DNA of 64,000 nt from Chrysomallon squamiferum (lineage: Eukaryota; Animalia; Mollusca): NCBI GenBank assembly GCA_012295275.1, contig CM022676.1, positions 3,720,001-3,784,000 on the forward strand, given 5' to 3'. A program made the position numbers and the translations under genes. Below, piece after piece: positions 27,189 through 39,442 of this stretch (positions within the stretch are counted from its first letter, which is position 1; every line of letters starts with the position of its first letter). A model generated the notes under the pieces. It ran no database searches and was not told where the DNA came from. It saw only the letters and a program-made list of their open reading frames with translations.

Positions 27189-28159
27189 TTCATTCATTCC
27201 TTGAACAGATCAAAAAAAAAAAAAAAAAAAAAAAACAAAAAAAACGTTTCCAAAAATTCTTTTCCATTCAAATTTTGAAGAACAAATTTATAACTACCTG
27301 TCATTTGACCAAAGACTTTTTTTTTTTTTTTTTTTCACTTGAAGTGGGTGAAAAGAAAACCAACAGTCGAAAGAAGACATGTTAAAATTGTCACATTTTA
27401 AATGTGTCTTCAAAAATACGAGACCCGCGCCCAATTACTGGCACAAAGGGAGGTAATTATAAGAGTTTATAGCCTAGGCATGGCAGTTGTTGCTTGCATA
27501 TAATTGGATTACGGACAAACGGCATGGAGATCCTTTTTATCCAATGGGATTTAACTTGACGGATAGATCTTATGCGTGGAAAGATACGAAGCTTTAAATT
27601 CTCAAATCAAAGAGGCACTGACTGGGTTGCATCAATGTCGAAAGATTTTTTTGAAATATTAAGGTGGCCTTAATGAAATTCGAAGAGTTGAATTAGGAAA
27701 GAAATGTTTCGAGAGGGGAGCCTCTTGTTGTAAATCTACAAGCGACCTGTCGAGAAGATTTCAAATAACTGTAGCACTGAGTTTTCTTTAATCTTCTATT
27801 TCATGTTCATTTTTTTTTTCTCATTTTTTTAAAATCTTTTTTACAGTTATCATCAAACACTGAAAGACTTGATGACTCGCATTTATTGTTGATTTAAAAT
27901 TAATATGACATTTCTTCTTCTTCTTTCTTCTTCTTCTTCTTCTTCTTCTTCTTCTTCTTCTTCTTCTAATTGTTATTATTGTTGTTAATACTGTTGTTGT
28001 TGTTGTTGTTGTTGTTGTTATAACTACTACTGCTACTGTCATCACCGTCATCATTATTATCACTGTTACTATTACAACCATTATATCAAGGAAGGAATAA
28101 ATAATGATAATTACAACAACAACAGCAGCGGCAGCAACAACAACAACAACAACAATAAT

Positions 28160-28201
<42 letters not shown>

Positions 28202-28479
28202 AATAATAATAATAATAATGATTTCTGTCTTTCTCGCCAGTCTAATACAGTGTTTGTATGAATAGTAACAGACTAGACCGTGGAATTCAAGAAACAAAGT
28301 TAATTTAATGTTATAATCCCTATATATAATCCCTATACATATCAATTACGTAAGAGACCAAAAACAAAATTTAAAAAATCTGTTGTCACATAAAACCTCT
28401 GTTATTTTCACATCACGCGAGCAGCAAGGAATCTTTTACTGACTCACAAGCATAAGTTACCTCTTTAATCGCTTAGTTA

Positions 28480-28787
28480 TTGACAGTAGTTTTAACTGTC
28501 CGAAGACGAATAAATATTTAAACGCCAAATAAAATCACCTTCTGTTATTATTAACTGTGTTTTGGACTGTTCGAAGATGTATAAATTGTCATACGCTAAA
28601 TGAAATAATTTTTTGATTAACAAGTATTTTTAACTGTACAAAAAATGTATAAATTGTCATACGCTAAATGAAATCATTTTTTGATTAACAAGTATTTTTA
28701 ACTGTACAAAAAATGTATAAATTGTCATACGCTAAATGAAATCAGTTTTTGATTAACAAGTATTTTTAACTGTTCGAAGATGTATAC
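28480..28787 (+). repeat. 68-bp tandem repeat, ~4 copies (first degenerate)
   Basis: gtataaattgtcatacgctaaatgaaat..gattaacaagtatttttaactgt recurs at 28579, 28647 and 28715. Confidence 0.88.
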
Positions 28788-29293
28788 GCGCCAGTGCCAT
28801 GGAGCAGGATATCTCCTAATAACTTAGACCTTGCCAAATCGATTCCAGGCACAGAGACAGCGAAATGTGGGAAGAATTTGTTTATAGCCAAAAGGGCAAG
28901 GTCATTCTTAAAGAACAAGAGTGATAAAATGAAAACGGGTTCGGTAATCTTGCCTTGCGACCCTGTTCATAATTTTATATCAGCGAAGATGATGTATGTC
29001 CTGAAGAAAATGAATGTTTGGGTGGCGTAGTTTTGTGTATATATGTGTGTGTTTGTGTGTGTGTGTGAGTGTGTGTGTGTGTGTGTTTTGTATTTATGTA
29101 TGTATATATATATATACATACATACATACATATATGTAAGTGTATATGTGTGTGTTTATGTAGGTATGTCTACATGAATATGTATGTGTGTGCATGTGTT
29201 TGTGTTTGTGTGTGTGTGTGCATAACATACAAACATACATATAAGTAATACATTCCCAATTAAATATAGTTGCTATCTGAAAGTAAGATATCA

Positions 29294-29329
<36 letters not shown>

Positions 29330-29460
29330 GACAGATAAGCTCATTTATCTACTAAACCAAACAACTACAAATTAGTATTATTTTTAATTATTTATTTATT
29401 TTATTATTTTCATTCTTTGTTGTTGTGTTTTTGTTTGTTTTTTTGTTATTTTTTTCATTT

Positions 29461-29492
<32 letters not shown>

Positions 29493-30014
29493 CAAATTAT
29501 TTTTCTATTTATTTTTGTATTTATTTTATTTTATTTTAAAAAACGTCTAAATAAAACAAGAAGTATCGCGAACCTCCATCTTAACTCTCGTTATCCAATC
29601 TTCATTATCGCCGTAACAGCTGAAGTGGCAAATTACGTTACTGACTTAACAACGAAATTTCTGAAACGAGACTGCGCGCGGTGTCTGCTGGGTAAATTGT
29701 CTTCATTGTGTCGCGCAATGCATTTATCTTGAAAATTCCGTGCACGTTGTGGATGTAGTAGTTATCACAGCTGGCAATAATTAGATGTCACAAGGTTTTA
29801 GCCGTGCAGTCTCTACAGGGATCAGCTGTCATTCAATAACACAAGTCCTCTTGTAATTGGATTGTTGTAAAAGAGAATTTTTTTTTGTTTTTGTTTTTTG
29901 TTTCATTCTCTCAGTTCTTTTTTTTCTTCTTCTTGTTCTTGTTTTTATTATTGCTGTTGTTGTTCTTAAGTGTTTTGTGTTGTGTAATATATTATCGTTT
30001 TGTTTTGTTATTGC

Positions 30015-30091
<77 letters not shown>

Positions 30092-30444
30092 TACCCATAT
30101 TCCATCAGACTCTAGGACAGTGAATTTAAATTATCAACGATGTGATACTACGTCATAAAAACAATTTTGTCCAGTAAAATCTAAACTAAAGCAACATTTC
30201 CGAAGCTTGCCAAAAAATAAAGACGCCATCAATGAACTGGGAAGATAACTTCTGCACGAAAAGTTGGTTACCGTCGCAGACGTATAAGTATCCGATGACG
30301 TCACGCAGGGCGGGAGTAACAAGGTGGCGGGCAGAAATATTGTTTTTTGTAAGTATGTGTTTTTTTTGTTGTTGTTTTTTTGTCATACCTTTTTTTTATG
30401 AGTCATGACATAAACAAATAATTTTCCTGTACACTTTATTCCTA

Positions 30445-31437
30445 TCACTTTAATGCACTTTGATCATAATCAATTTTCACCCACAAGACGTTCGTGGGCC
30501 AGTGTTCGGAATCGTCTAGAAAGAGAACCGTGTGACGATCAATCGGAAGAAAAGGCTTCATTTTGTGTCGCGTGAGAAACCGTTTAATCTCCTCTCCCGA
30601 AGACCTCCCTCTGTGATATTCCCATTCCAACAGGAGCCCCACCACGTCGACTGCGGAGAAAAACGTTTCGGCTCCGGCCAGAACTTTCGCTTCGTGAGTT
30701 TCCACGTCCATTTTGACTACGACTCGACGTAACGAAACGACGTTCAGCAGGTCATCCAACAGAATTGTTTCAATCGTGTCCAGGTCCCACGGGTCGGAGG
30801 GTCCGATCTGCGTCCCTCCCACGTTCCCTTGAAACCGGTTTAACTTAACCCTGTGTCGGCTGTTAGACAGGGGATTGTGAACGACGAAAACTTGCTCTTC
30901 GAACCCGCCCTTCTTGATCGAGTTGCACAGCTTCTGCACGCTCTCTCTCACCGGCTCCACGGCCAGAACCCTTCGGCCCATCCTGGCGAACGTCAGCGTG
31001 TACACTCCGACGTGGGCGCCAATGTCGACGAAGTCGATGTCGTCGTTTCGCTTCATTAATCGGTAAACTTCGTTGAGTATGGTCGTTTCCCAAGTGTTTT
31101 CTTCTAACAGATTTCCCGAAACGAACTCGTCCTCTTTCGCAGGATATACGTAAAGAGGTATGTCCACTGGCGGAGATTTCAAGATGGTCACGTTGTCCGA
31201 AACTGGACCGCAAACTTCGTCGTTTTCGCTCCACTGACCGTCTTTGTACGTCAGAACGACCGATCTTTTGTCTAAGCGCAGTCTCAGCAAATCGCCGATG
31301 GTTTTTCGATGATTTCCGGATTCTTCGTTAAATATCGTGTCCGCTATATAACCAATGATATGGCCAACGAATATAAAAACAATAGTAAAAAGAAAACAGT
31401 TAAATACACAGCGTTTCAGCAATTTGGCATATTTCAT
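30445..31437 (-). CDS. FkbM-family (Methyltransf_21) SAM-dependent methyltransferase with N-terminal transmembrane anchor (type II topology), 330 aa
   Basis: Uninterrupted ORF with SAM motif FVDIGAHVGVYT, VLAVEP, LDDLL and VVKMDVETHE; hydrophobic segment CVFNCFLFTIVFIFVGHIIGYIA follows a basic N-terminus. Confidence 0.9.
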   Translation of the reverse strand: MKYAKLLKRCVFNCFLFTIVFIFVGHIIGYIADTIFNEESGNHRKTIGDLLRLRLDKRSVVLTYKDGQWSENDEVCGPVSDNVTILKSPPVDIPLYVYPAKEDEFVSGNLLEENTWETTILNEVYRLMKRNDDIDFVDIGAHVGVYTLTFARMGRRVLAVEPVRESVQKLCNSIKKGGFEEQVFVVHNPLSNSRHRVKLNRFQGNVGGTQIGPSDPWDLDTIETILLDDLLNVVSLRRVVVKMDVETHEAKVLAGAETFFSAVDVVGLLLEWEYHRGRSSGEEIKRFLTRHKMKPFLPIDRHTVLFLDDSEHWPTNVLWVKIDYDQSALK

Positions 31438-32610
31438 GGCTGTGATTGTTTACTTTGAAAGACCATTAATGATGGAGTTACGTAATTTAATTAGAAGAAT
31501 GACGTCACAAAAAAAGTATTTTAAATTTCCATGTTTCCGGTGGTGTATACATGTGTGTCTCTGCCTGTCTATGTATCTATTCATTATTGTTACTGGTGCT
31601 GCTACTACTCATACTACTACTACTACTACTACTACTACTACAGTAAAAATAAAATGAATAAAATAAAATAATAAATAAATAAATAAACAAATAAAATTAA
31701 ATAAAATAAGTATATAAATAATCAACATAAACCTGAATATTCGTCCCTAATATAGTAATAGCCGTAGTAGTAGTAACATTCTCAGTAGCAATAATTAAGT
31801 ATTCGTTGTCGTAGTAGTAGTAATGGTAGCAGCAGAAGAAGAAACAACAACAACAACAACATGTACTCGACGACTTTAACTCTACCAACGCACCTATACC
31901 AGGAACAAAAACAAAACAAAAATAAAAATAAAATAAAATAAAAATAGATAAATGAATAAATAAAAAACACAAAAAAATAAAACATTTTCCCTGTACTTAA
32001 AATAAACCTCCAAAGAGATCTATCTACGCACTCTACGCAGATTTCATAATGGACTTGTCTAAATAAGATATTCGCTTAAGAACCGGCGGTTTGACTGAAC
32101 GGAGAGCTCACGACAAATCGTCATTCAACACAGCCTCAAAAACGAGGTGGGCGGTCATCCTCCCGTGCATGAGAGATTAACGTCTGGTGTGTGGGGCTCG
32201 AATTAGCCGAGTGTGTTTGACACTTCGTTTTATTAGACGAAACCGGCTTGCACTTTGTCAGCAAAGCTTGTTAAAGAGAACAGACAGTTTTGGAGAAAAA
32301 AAAAAAAAAACGTATCGCTCTCTGCTAAACAAGAGAGCGTATTTCGGTTGGAATTGTGTGTGATGGTCTTTTCGCCCCTCTCTTTTTGTTAAAAAACGTT
32401 TTCAAACACGCCATTCTATATATGTTTTTTGTTTTGTTTTGAGTATTTCTAGGTTTTTTTTTTTTTGGGGGGGTTGGGGGTCCATTTGTTTCTTCCTGAT
32501 CGTTTTGTTTACCTGTCAAGAGAGAAACATTTTAATTTTTTGCAGTTTGTTTTATTTATTTATCTTAATATTTTCTTTCTTTTTTTTTTTTTCTGAAAGT
32601 TACATTATTA

Positions 32611-32657
<47 letters not shown>

Positions 32658-33029
32658 TGGACGATGATGATATGATGATATAGAGAAGCAAACTCAAACA
32701 AGAACATATATAAATGCATACAGCTGTATACATACACATACACATATACCTATATACACGTGCATATAGAGACAGACATACATTAAAACATATATAAATG
32801 CATACGAACAAAAACACAGATTTAAAATTATAATAATAATGTTAATAATGGTGATAATGATAAGAAGAACAAGAAAAAGAAGAACAGTAACAACAACAAC
32901 AACAGCAGCAACTAAATAAAATAAAATAAATAAATAAAATCCAACGTCATTTTTAGTGACGTCATTCTTCAAGATAAATAACGTAACTTCAGACGTAATA
33001 GCAATCTGGAAAATTTAACAACCACAGCC

Positions 33030-33931
33030 ATGGTGTGTTCGAGAATATTCAAACGCTCTGTAATTAATTGCATTGTCCTTATTGTTATTTTGGCAATCGC
33101 TCACGTTTTCTTTGTCTTTAGAGAGCATACGCTGTTTAAAGAGGTACAGGAATATCGCACAACCTGGAACGATTTCCTAAAACCACCTTTATATAAAACA
33201 TCAGTTGTTTTCACGTATCAAGAAGGAACATGGCGAGAGGATTACGAGGCCTGTCAGCCAGTAGATCAGAATGTAACTATTCTCAAGTCGCCATCAGGCG
33301 ACATACCTCTTTATTTAACTTCGTCCCCTGTCTACGAGTACATGTCTGATACTCTGTTGTCGGACAACACTTGGGAAACCAACATGCTCAAAGAAGTGTA
33401 CGAAATAATGAAGAACAACGTCGAATGCTCTTTCATCGATATCGGCGTCCATCTTGGAGTCTACACGCTGACTTTCGCTAGGATGGGGCGCAGAGTTCTG
33501 GCCATAGAATCGGAACCAAATGCTGTGCAAAAACTTTGCAGTTTGGTCAAGAAAGCTGGCCTGGAAGACCAAGTCTTCATCTTTGAAAACGTTTTGAGAA
33601 AACGGTTCGCCTCGACGATCTACTGGAATCGTTTTCACTGCGTCGAGTCGTTGTTAAAATCGACACTGAAACTGTCAACGCGACTTTCTTGGCCGGAGCC
33701 GAAAAGTTCTTCTCCACGGTTGACGTGGTGGCGCTTCTGATGCAGTGGAAATTTTACAGAGAGAAGGAGTCGGGAGAAAAGATTATACAATTTCTCGACA
33801 GACACAAAATGAAGCCGTTTCTTGCAATCTACCGTCACTCCCCTCTGAGTTCGTACAAGCCGTCAGACTGGCCGCCAACAGTTCTCTGGCTGAAATCTTA
33901 CGATCCTGAAACTGTGTCTGTGACAACATGA
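33030..33931 (+). pseudogene. Divergently oriented FkbM methyltransferase paralog with internal deletion and frameshift at ~33597-33599
   Basis: ORF 33030.. aligns to the intact copy (FIDIGVHLGVYTLTFARMGRRVLAIE) up to ENVL. Homology resumes in another frame (KTVRLDDLLESFSLRRVVVKIDTET...WPPTVLWLK, stop 33931). About 32 codons of the intact copy are absent. Confidence 0.82.
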
Positions 33932-34069
33932 ATAACGGGGAAACAATTTTTATTTAATTTTTTTTTTTTTTTCCTAAGTTTATAACAAGCCATGACTATA
34001 ACAATATGACACTGTGAAATCTTTCAGAGTGCAAGTAAACTGTTCAGAAAAATTCTTTATACTTAAAAA

Positions 34070-34134
<65 letters not shown>

Positions 34135-34290
34135 AACTGAGCGATCTGTCATCAGTCATAACATAAAATAATAAATAAATAATTAAATAATATTTGCATG
34201 TGTATGTATATGAATATCTATATCTGTATCTATCTGACTATCTATCTATCTATCGATTTATCTATCTCTATCTATATATCTATATATACA

Positions 34291-34321
<31 letters not shown>

Positions 34322-34429
34322 CAGTAGTATTGTACGTGTGCGCTCATACGTACGTAAGGACCTTTATATTATAGTATATACTGTACAATCAGAAATTATA
34401 TCACAAAGCACTATTTCTTCTTCTTCTTC

Positions 34430-34461
<32 letters not shown>

Positions 34462-34819
34462 AACATAGTCTGATATAATCGGACCCGGGGTTTACGTTGT
34501 CGAGATCTCACCACCTGTGTTAAAAAAAAAAAAACGTTGGATCACTTTAACATTGAACGTAATTTTACTCTTTTACTGTTTATACTCACGACTAAAACGA
34601 CTTAAATTATGCTGACTACAATAAGTATCAGTCCACTGTCTACAGCAAATGATGCCCACGTCTCCATCCTATCAAAAAAACAAAAAACAACACCCCCCCC
34701 AAAAAAAAAACCCACAATACACTGCACAGCCATTTTTAACTTTTTATTATACATAAGTACGTGTATATTCATGTATGTATATGTATGTGTGTGTGTGTGT
34801 ATATATATATATGTATATA

Positions 34820-34879
<60 letters not shown>

Positions 34880-35643
34880 TATATATATATAAGGTACAGA
34901 TAACAAACTGCAAAGTAAATATGCTTAGTAACGACAAGTAAGTTATCTTTATCTTATCTGTAAACAAACCTTTAAACTCTGGCGGTTCGTAAATGATACA
35001 TCTTTTTCTGTGTGTCATGTTTAATCTTACCGTTTCATTTTAACCATATTCACTTAAGACTTATGTTTCTAATACCTTGTGAATAGCAGCCACTGAAAGG
35101 TAAGTAACAAAAACGAAAACGAAAAAGAAGAAACAAAGACGTTTATTATGGTTCTTCTTGTCGTTATTAGTATTGTTATTGTCATTACTGTTGTTGCCGT
35201 TATTAGATACTGTCATTGCTGTTGTTATTATTATTATTGTCGTTTTCGTTGTTGCTGTTGCTGCCGTTATTCCTGTCACTGATATTATTATTGTTGTTGT
35301 TATTGTTATTACTGCTATGGCTGTTATTAATGTTGTTGTTGATGTTCTTATTATTACTATTTTTTTGGTTGTTAGTGTTGTTAATTCTATTTGTTGTTTA
35401 ACGTTTATTTTTACTGTTATTATTACTATTAATCATTGTGTAAGTAGTTATTATCGTTCCTAATTCGTTTGTAGCATATGAACTATAACTACCAAACTAC
35501 AGCCAACTCAGGTTATTATTAACTTTAACAAATATATACTCATACACTCTCACATAATCAATATCTCTCTCTCTCTCTCTCTTATATATATATATCACTA
35601 TAAATGCCTTTATATACTTTCAGACACATTCTGTTTCTCAGCT

Positions 35644-36243
35644 ATGGACTTTGGTTATTGCGGTGCGTGTCACAGTTCTATCGAGTTCAAGATCTTGCAG
35701 TGCAGACATTCTTTTTGCAAAACGTGTCTGTCTCGCTACGTCTCAACCAGCACAGGTGACGAGGGGGGCTTTGCGTGTCCTCTGTGTGGAATATTTACCA
35801 GACTCAGAGACCCCACCCACTGCAGGAGCGCCTGGGTGGAGCAGCTGCCAAGCAACAGCAGTTTGGAAAACATTTTGAAAGCACTGACTAATCTGGAGCT
35901 AGGTACGAAAATGTGAGACTTGTTTGTAAGGAAGGTACCGAAAGTAACTGTGTGCGGCAACTGGTTTAATGTAGTGACTAAACGTGTTATTTTTGTTTTA
36001 ATTTATTTTGATGTTAATGTTTATTGTTAATTTTGGAATTAATTAGATGAAAGAAGATTCGCCGAGACCAGTTAGTTTACTGCAGTAAGGAATCAGTATT
36101 TCTAATTTCATCAGAAACAAGATTTCATGTAGAACCTATGTATCAAAAACAAATATGATAATACAGTTTTATACATGCATACAGATAAATGAGAGAGATA
36201 GAGAGAGAGACAGAGAGAGTGAGAGAGAGCGAGTGAGAGAGCG

Positions 36244-36304
<61 letters not shown>

Positions 36305-36957
36305 AAAGACCGCGAAAGACCTGCCTTACAAGTAATTAAAAACGTTCGACTCTTTCTTCTATTCAAACACGTCTTTTCCATCCAGAACTTTCTCTGTGCA
36401 ACGAGCCGGACCACATGGGCCTCGACGACTACACCCGGTTCTTCGACGCCGCCGGGGACCTGCTGAGCGCCGAGCTCGTGGAACGCGTGGAGCAGCTGAA
36501 CCATCTGTCGCGGCAGAGGAAAGAAACGAAACAGGCGATCAAGAGAACATGCAAGGAGACTATCGAACGAATTAACGCGGAGAAGAACCTGCTGTTTCAG
36601 CTTCTGGACAACACGTTCGAGGACGAAGCGAACGACCTGCTGCAAGAGACGGAGGCGATCAAGGACCACTTCGAACTCGTCCAGAACGATCTGAGTTTCG
36701 CTCGCAGTCTGGACGACCGGGACGGGGAGGTCGAGCTTCGAGATCGGCTCTTTTTGAAGGACGTGAGAGACAGACTGTTGAAGTTTTTGTTAGATGATGA
36801 TAAGATAATGGCTTCTGTTAATATTGTTTTTGATACCAGTATGGTTGAGGATCGTCAAACCTATCTAGGTCAACTGAAAGTGTCCAGTTCTAGAAATAAT
36901 TACCAGTTAAAAGAAGTGAAGTGGGTAAACAAAGTAGAGGTCAGTAAATACATTTAA
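35644..36957 (+). CDS. RING-finger (C3HC4) plus coiled-coil protein, TRIM-like putative E3 ligase; exons 35644-35902 and 36386-36957 (or donor at 36939 to a short terminal exon at 37399)
   Basis: RING pattern CGAC-x10-CRHSFCKTC-x16-CPLC followed by WVEQLPSN, typical of TRIM RING linkers. Donor CTAG|gtacga (35902) and acceptor tccag|AA (36386) join in phase 1 into a helical, charge-rich ORF. Confidence 0.78.
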
Positions 36958-37002
36958 TAAGATCAATGATATTACATTAATAATATGATGGCTCTGATAG
37001 TG

Positions 37003-37060
<58 letters not shown>

Positions 37061-39442
37061 TGGCGATGATAATGAAAATAATAACGAAATTTGATGATAA
37101 TGAATTCATTGTTAAGTTCTTAAAATTTCTTTCCTATGAAAAACGTATCTTTAACATATAAAACTGAGATTGATGCAGATTTAATCAAATATGTTCATTT
37201 TCTAATCACAATACATTATTTAAAAATAATTAGTTGGAAAAAATAAAATAAAATGCTGATTAAAAGTATTTAAATATGATTGATCTCAAATCATAATGAG
37301 CTTATACTCTTGAATTATTCCTGAATATGAAGTTTTACCCTTTTATCAGTCTCACAGCAAACCTTGTAATATATAAGGAACACATTTTTTAATTACAGGT
37401 TTCATAATCCTCTTCAAAAAAATTAAGACAAATATTAATATTTATCATTTAAATACAGTTTAGTTCTTCACTTGTCACTGATTGATTTGTATTTTAGGTA
37501 TATATTAGTTTTGGTTCAGAAAAAAACAGACCACATCTTAGGCTTTCCGGATAAATTGTTGTTCATGCATATTACATTTTTGAATATTTTGTTTTATTTA
37601 TTTATTTATTAATAGTAGTAGTAGTATTTTTTATTTGTTGGGGTGTTTGTGTGGGGGGTGCTATTGATGCAAACAACATTTATCTAGCTTGTCAAGATAA
37701 CCTGTGATATATTGTTTTGTATTTTTCTTACTCTTTCACTCATTCCTTCAATCTAAAATAAAAAAAAAAAAAATAAAATAAATAAGGTTAGTTTTAACAA
37801 TGTAGTTTTGAAAATGTAACAGTAAATTAAAAGCAATCCAAAACAATTTTTTTTTTTTACTTTATAAAATATACTATAAATAATAAATAAAAACAATAAA
37901 AGTCAAAAAATAAAATAAATTAGTTAGTTTTAATAACAAACTGCAACACATCTGTAGATGTGATAATATACATAACATTTAACATTTTCAAAAACACAAA
38001 CTCAATCTTCAAAACAATGATTCAAAACACATTACAAAAATCCTATTCATTTTCTATTAAATTTTATCAATGAAGGTTTAAAAAAAATTATCTTAACATG
38101 CCGAATCATTATTACCATTTCTTGTTTTATTTATGTTACATATCAAATTTATTTTCATTAGATGACAGCTACAATTGTAGCTCTTTACAATCTATATTAT
38201 TGTATTACTGAGATAAATATATGTCAGTGATAAATCTACTGAGAAAATACATCAATCTCCGAATTTGCAGGTATTAATATCTAATTGCTGTAATTCCTAA
38301 ATGACAGTTATTGACAACAAAGTTAATTTTCTTTAATGACAGAGATCAATTTATTTTCTGTTATCGTGTTACAGCTGTCAAATAGAATAGGTTAATGACA
38401 GGATTTGCTTTTAGTTTATTTATATTCTGTCAATGAGTTCTGCATGCAAACAATTTTAATACCGTCACTAGATTTTTAAAATTTACTTATTATTATTATC
38501 ATCATCATTATATTGTAGTTTTCTTTTTTGTTTTGTTTTATCTGTTTTTTTTCCTAAGTATGATTAGGGATTTCTGTCACTGTCTTTTTCACTGTTTTAA
38601 ACAATAAAGATTTACAAGTACTAACTTTCTTACTTTTAGGAATTAATTTATATCACCAAGTTTTTATATGTGAAAAATCATAAAGCCTAGAATCTTCAGT
38701 GATACAATTATAACTGAATTATTTATTTTATATTATGAGATTTCAACATCAAACAAGAAACTGTTTTAATACTATAATACTTCCACAATTTTTTTTCAAT
38801 TTACTTTTTGTTACTGCTTTTCAGATGCAAAGCATAATCAAAATTATTTTATTTAACAATGTCATCAGAATCACAAAATTTTAAAGTATTTTAATATATA
38901 CAGGGAGGGTGTCTCTCGGGGTGTCTGTCTCTGTCTCTCACTCACTCACTCACTCACTCTCTCATTACTATGTATATGTATATGTACATACAAACACACA
39001 AATCAGCTTTATTCTACAAATGTTATTAAAGACTGGCAAGGTTCTGCCAGGCTGCTTTCGGTTTTTGACCAGACATACAGACATACAGACATACAGACAG
39101 ACAGACAGAGACTATCCATATCAGTTTCTTTACACTCCTTGTAGAGCACTGGTTAGAAACAGAAAAAAAAAAAAAAAATGCTTCCTCGAATCGGATTTGA
39201 TCCTAAAGCTATTAGATTACCAACAAATTTGGTCTCAGCTCCTCCCTCTGCCTTGAACCTGTTGAATTCAAATTTAATGAAAAGAAACAAATTCTGTCTC
39301 ATTTTTTCACTAAATTAAATCATTCAGGTCTTCTATGCAGTATTTTAAAAGTGTGTTACGTTTATTTTATAAAATGATGTGAGGATGTATGTGTCGGAGT
39401 ATGTTTATGGGCGTATGTGTACATGTGTGTCTGTCTGTCTGT

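Noticed and set aside
33590-33605. Programmed -1 ribosomal frameshift rescuing the second methyltransferase
   Set aside because: No canonical X XXY YYZ heptamer, and ~32 codons of the domain are physically missing, so a deletion explains it.
35914-35916. In-frame TGA as selenocysteine in the RING gene
   Set aside because: The TGA lies just past a good in-phase splice donor, the read-through frame soon degenerates, and no SECIS could be recognised.
39180-39260. Possible alternative last exon of HAUS5
   Set aside because: An acceptor-like site exists, but the upstream exon already gives the conserved C-terminus and stop; more likely 3'UTR.
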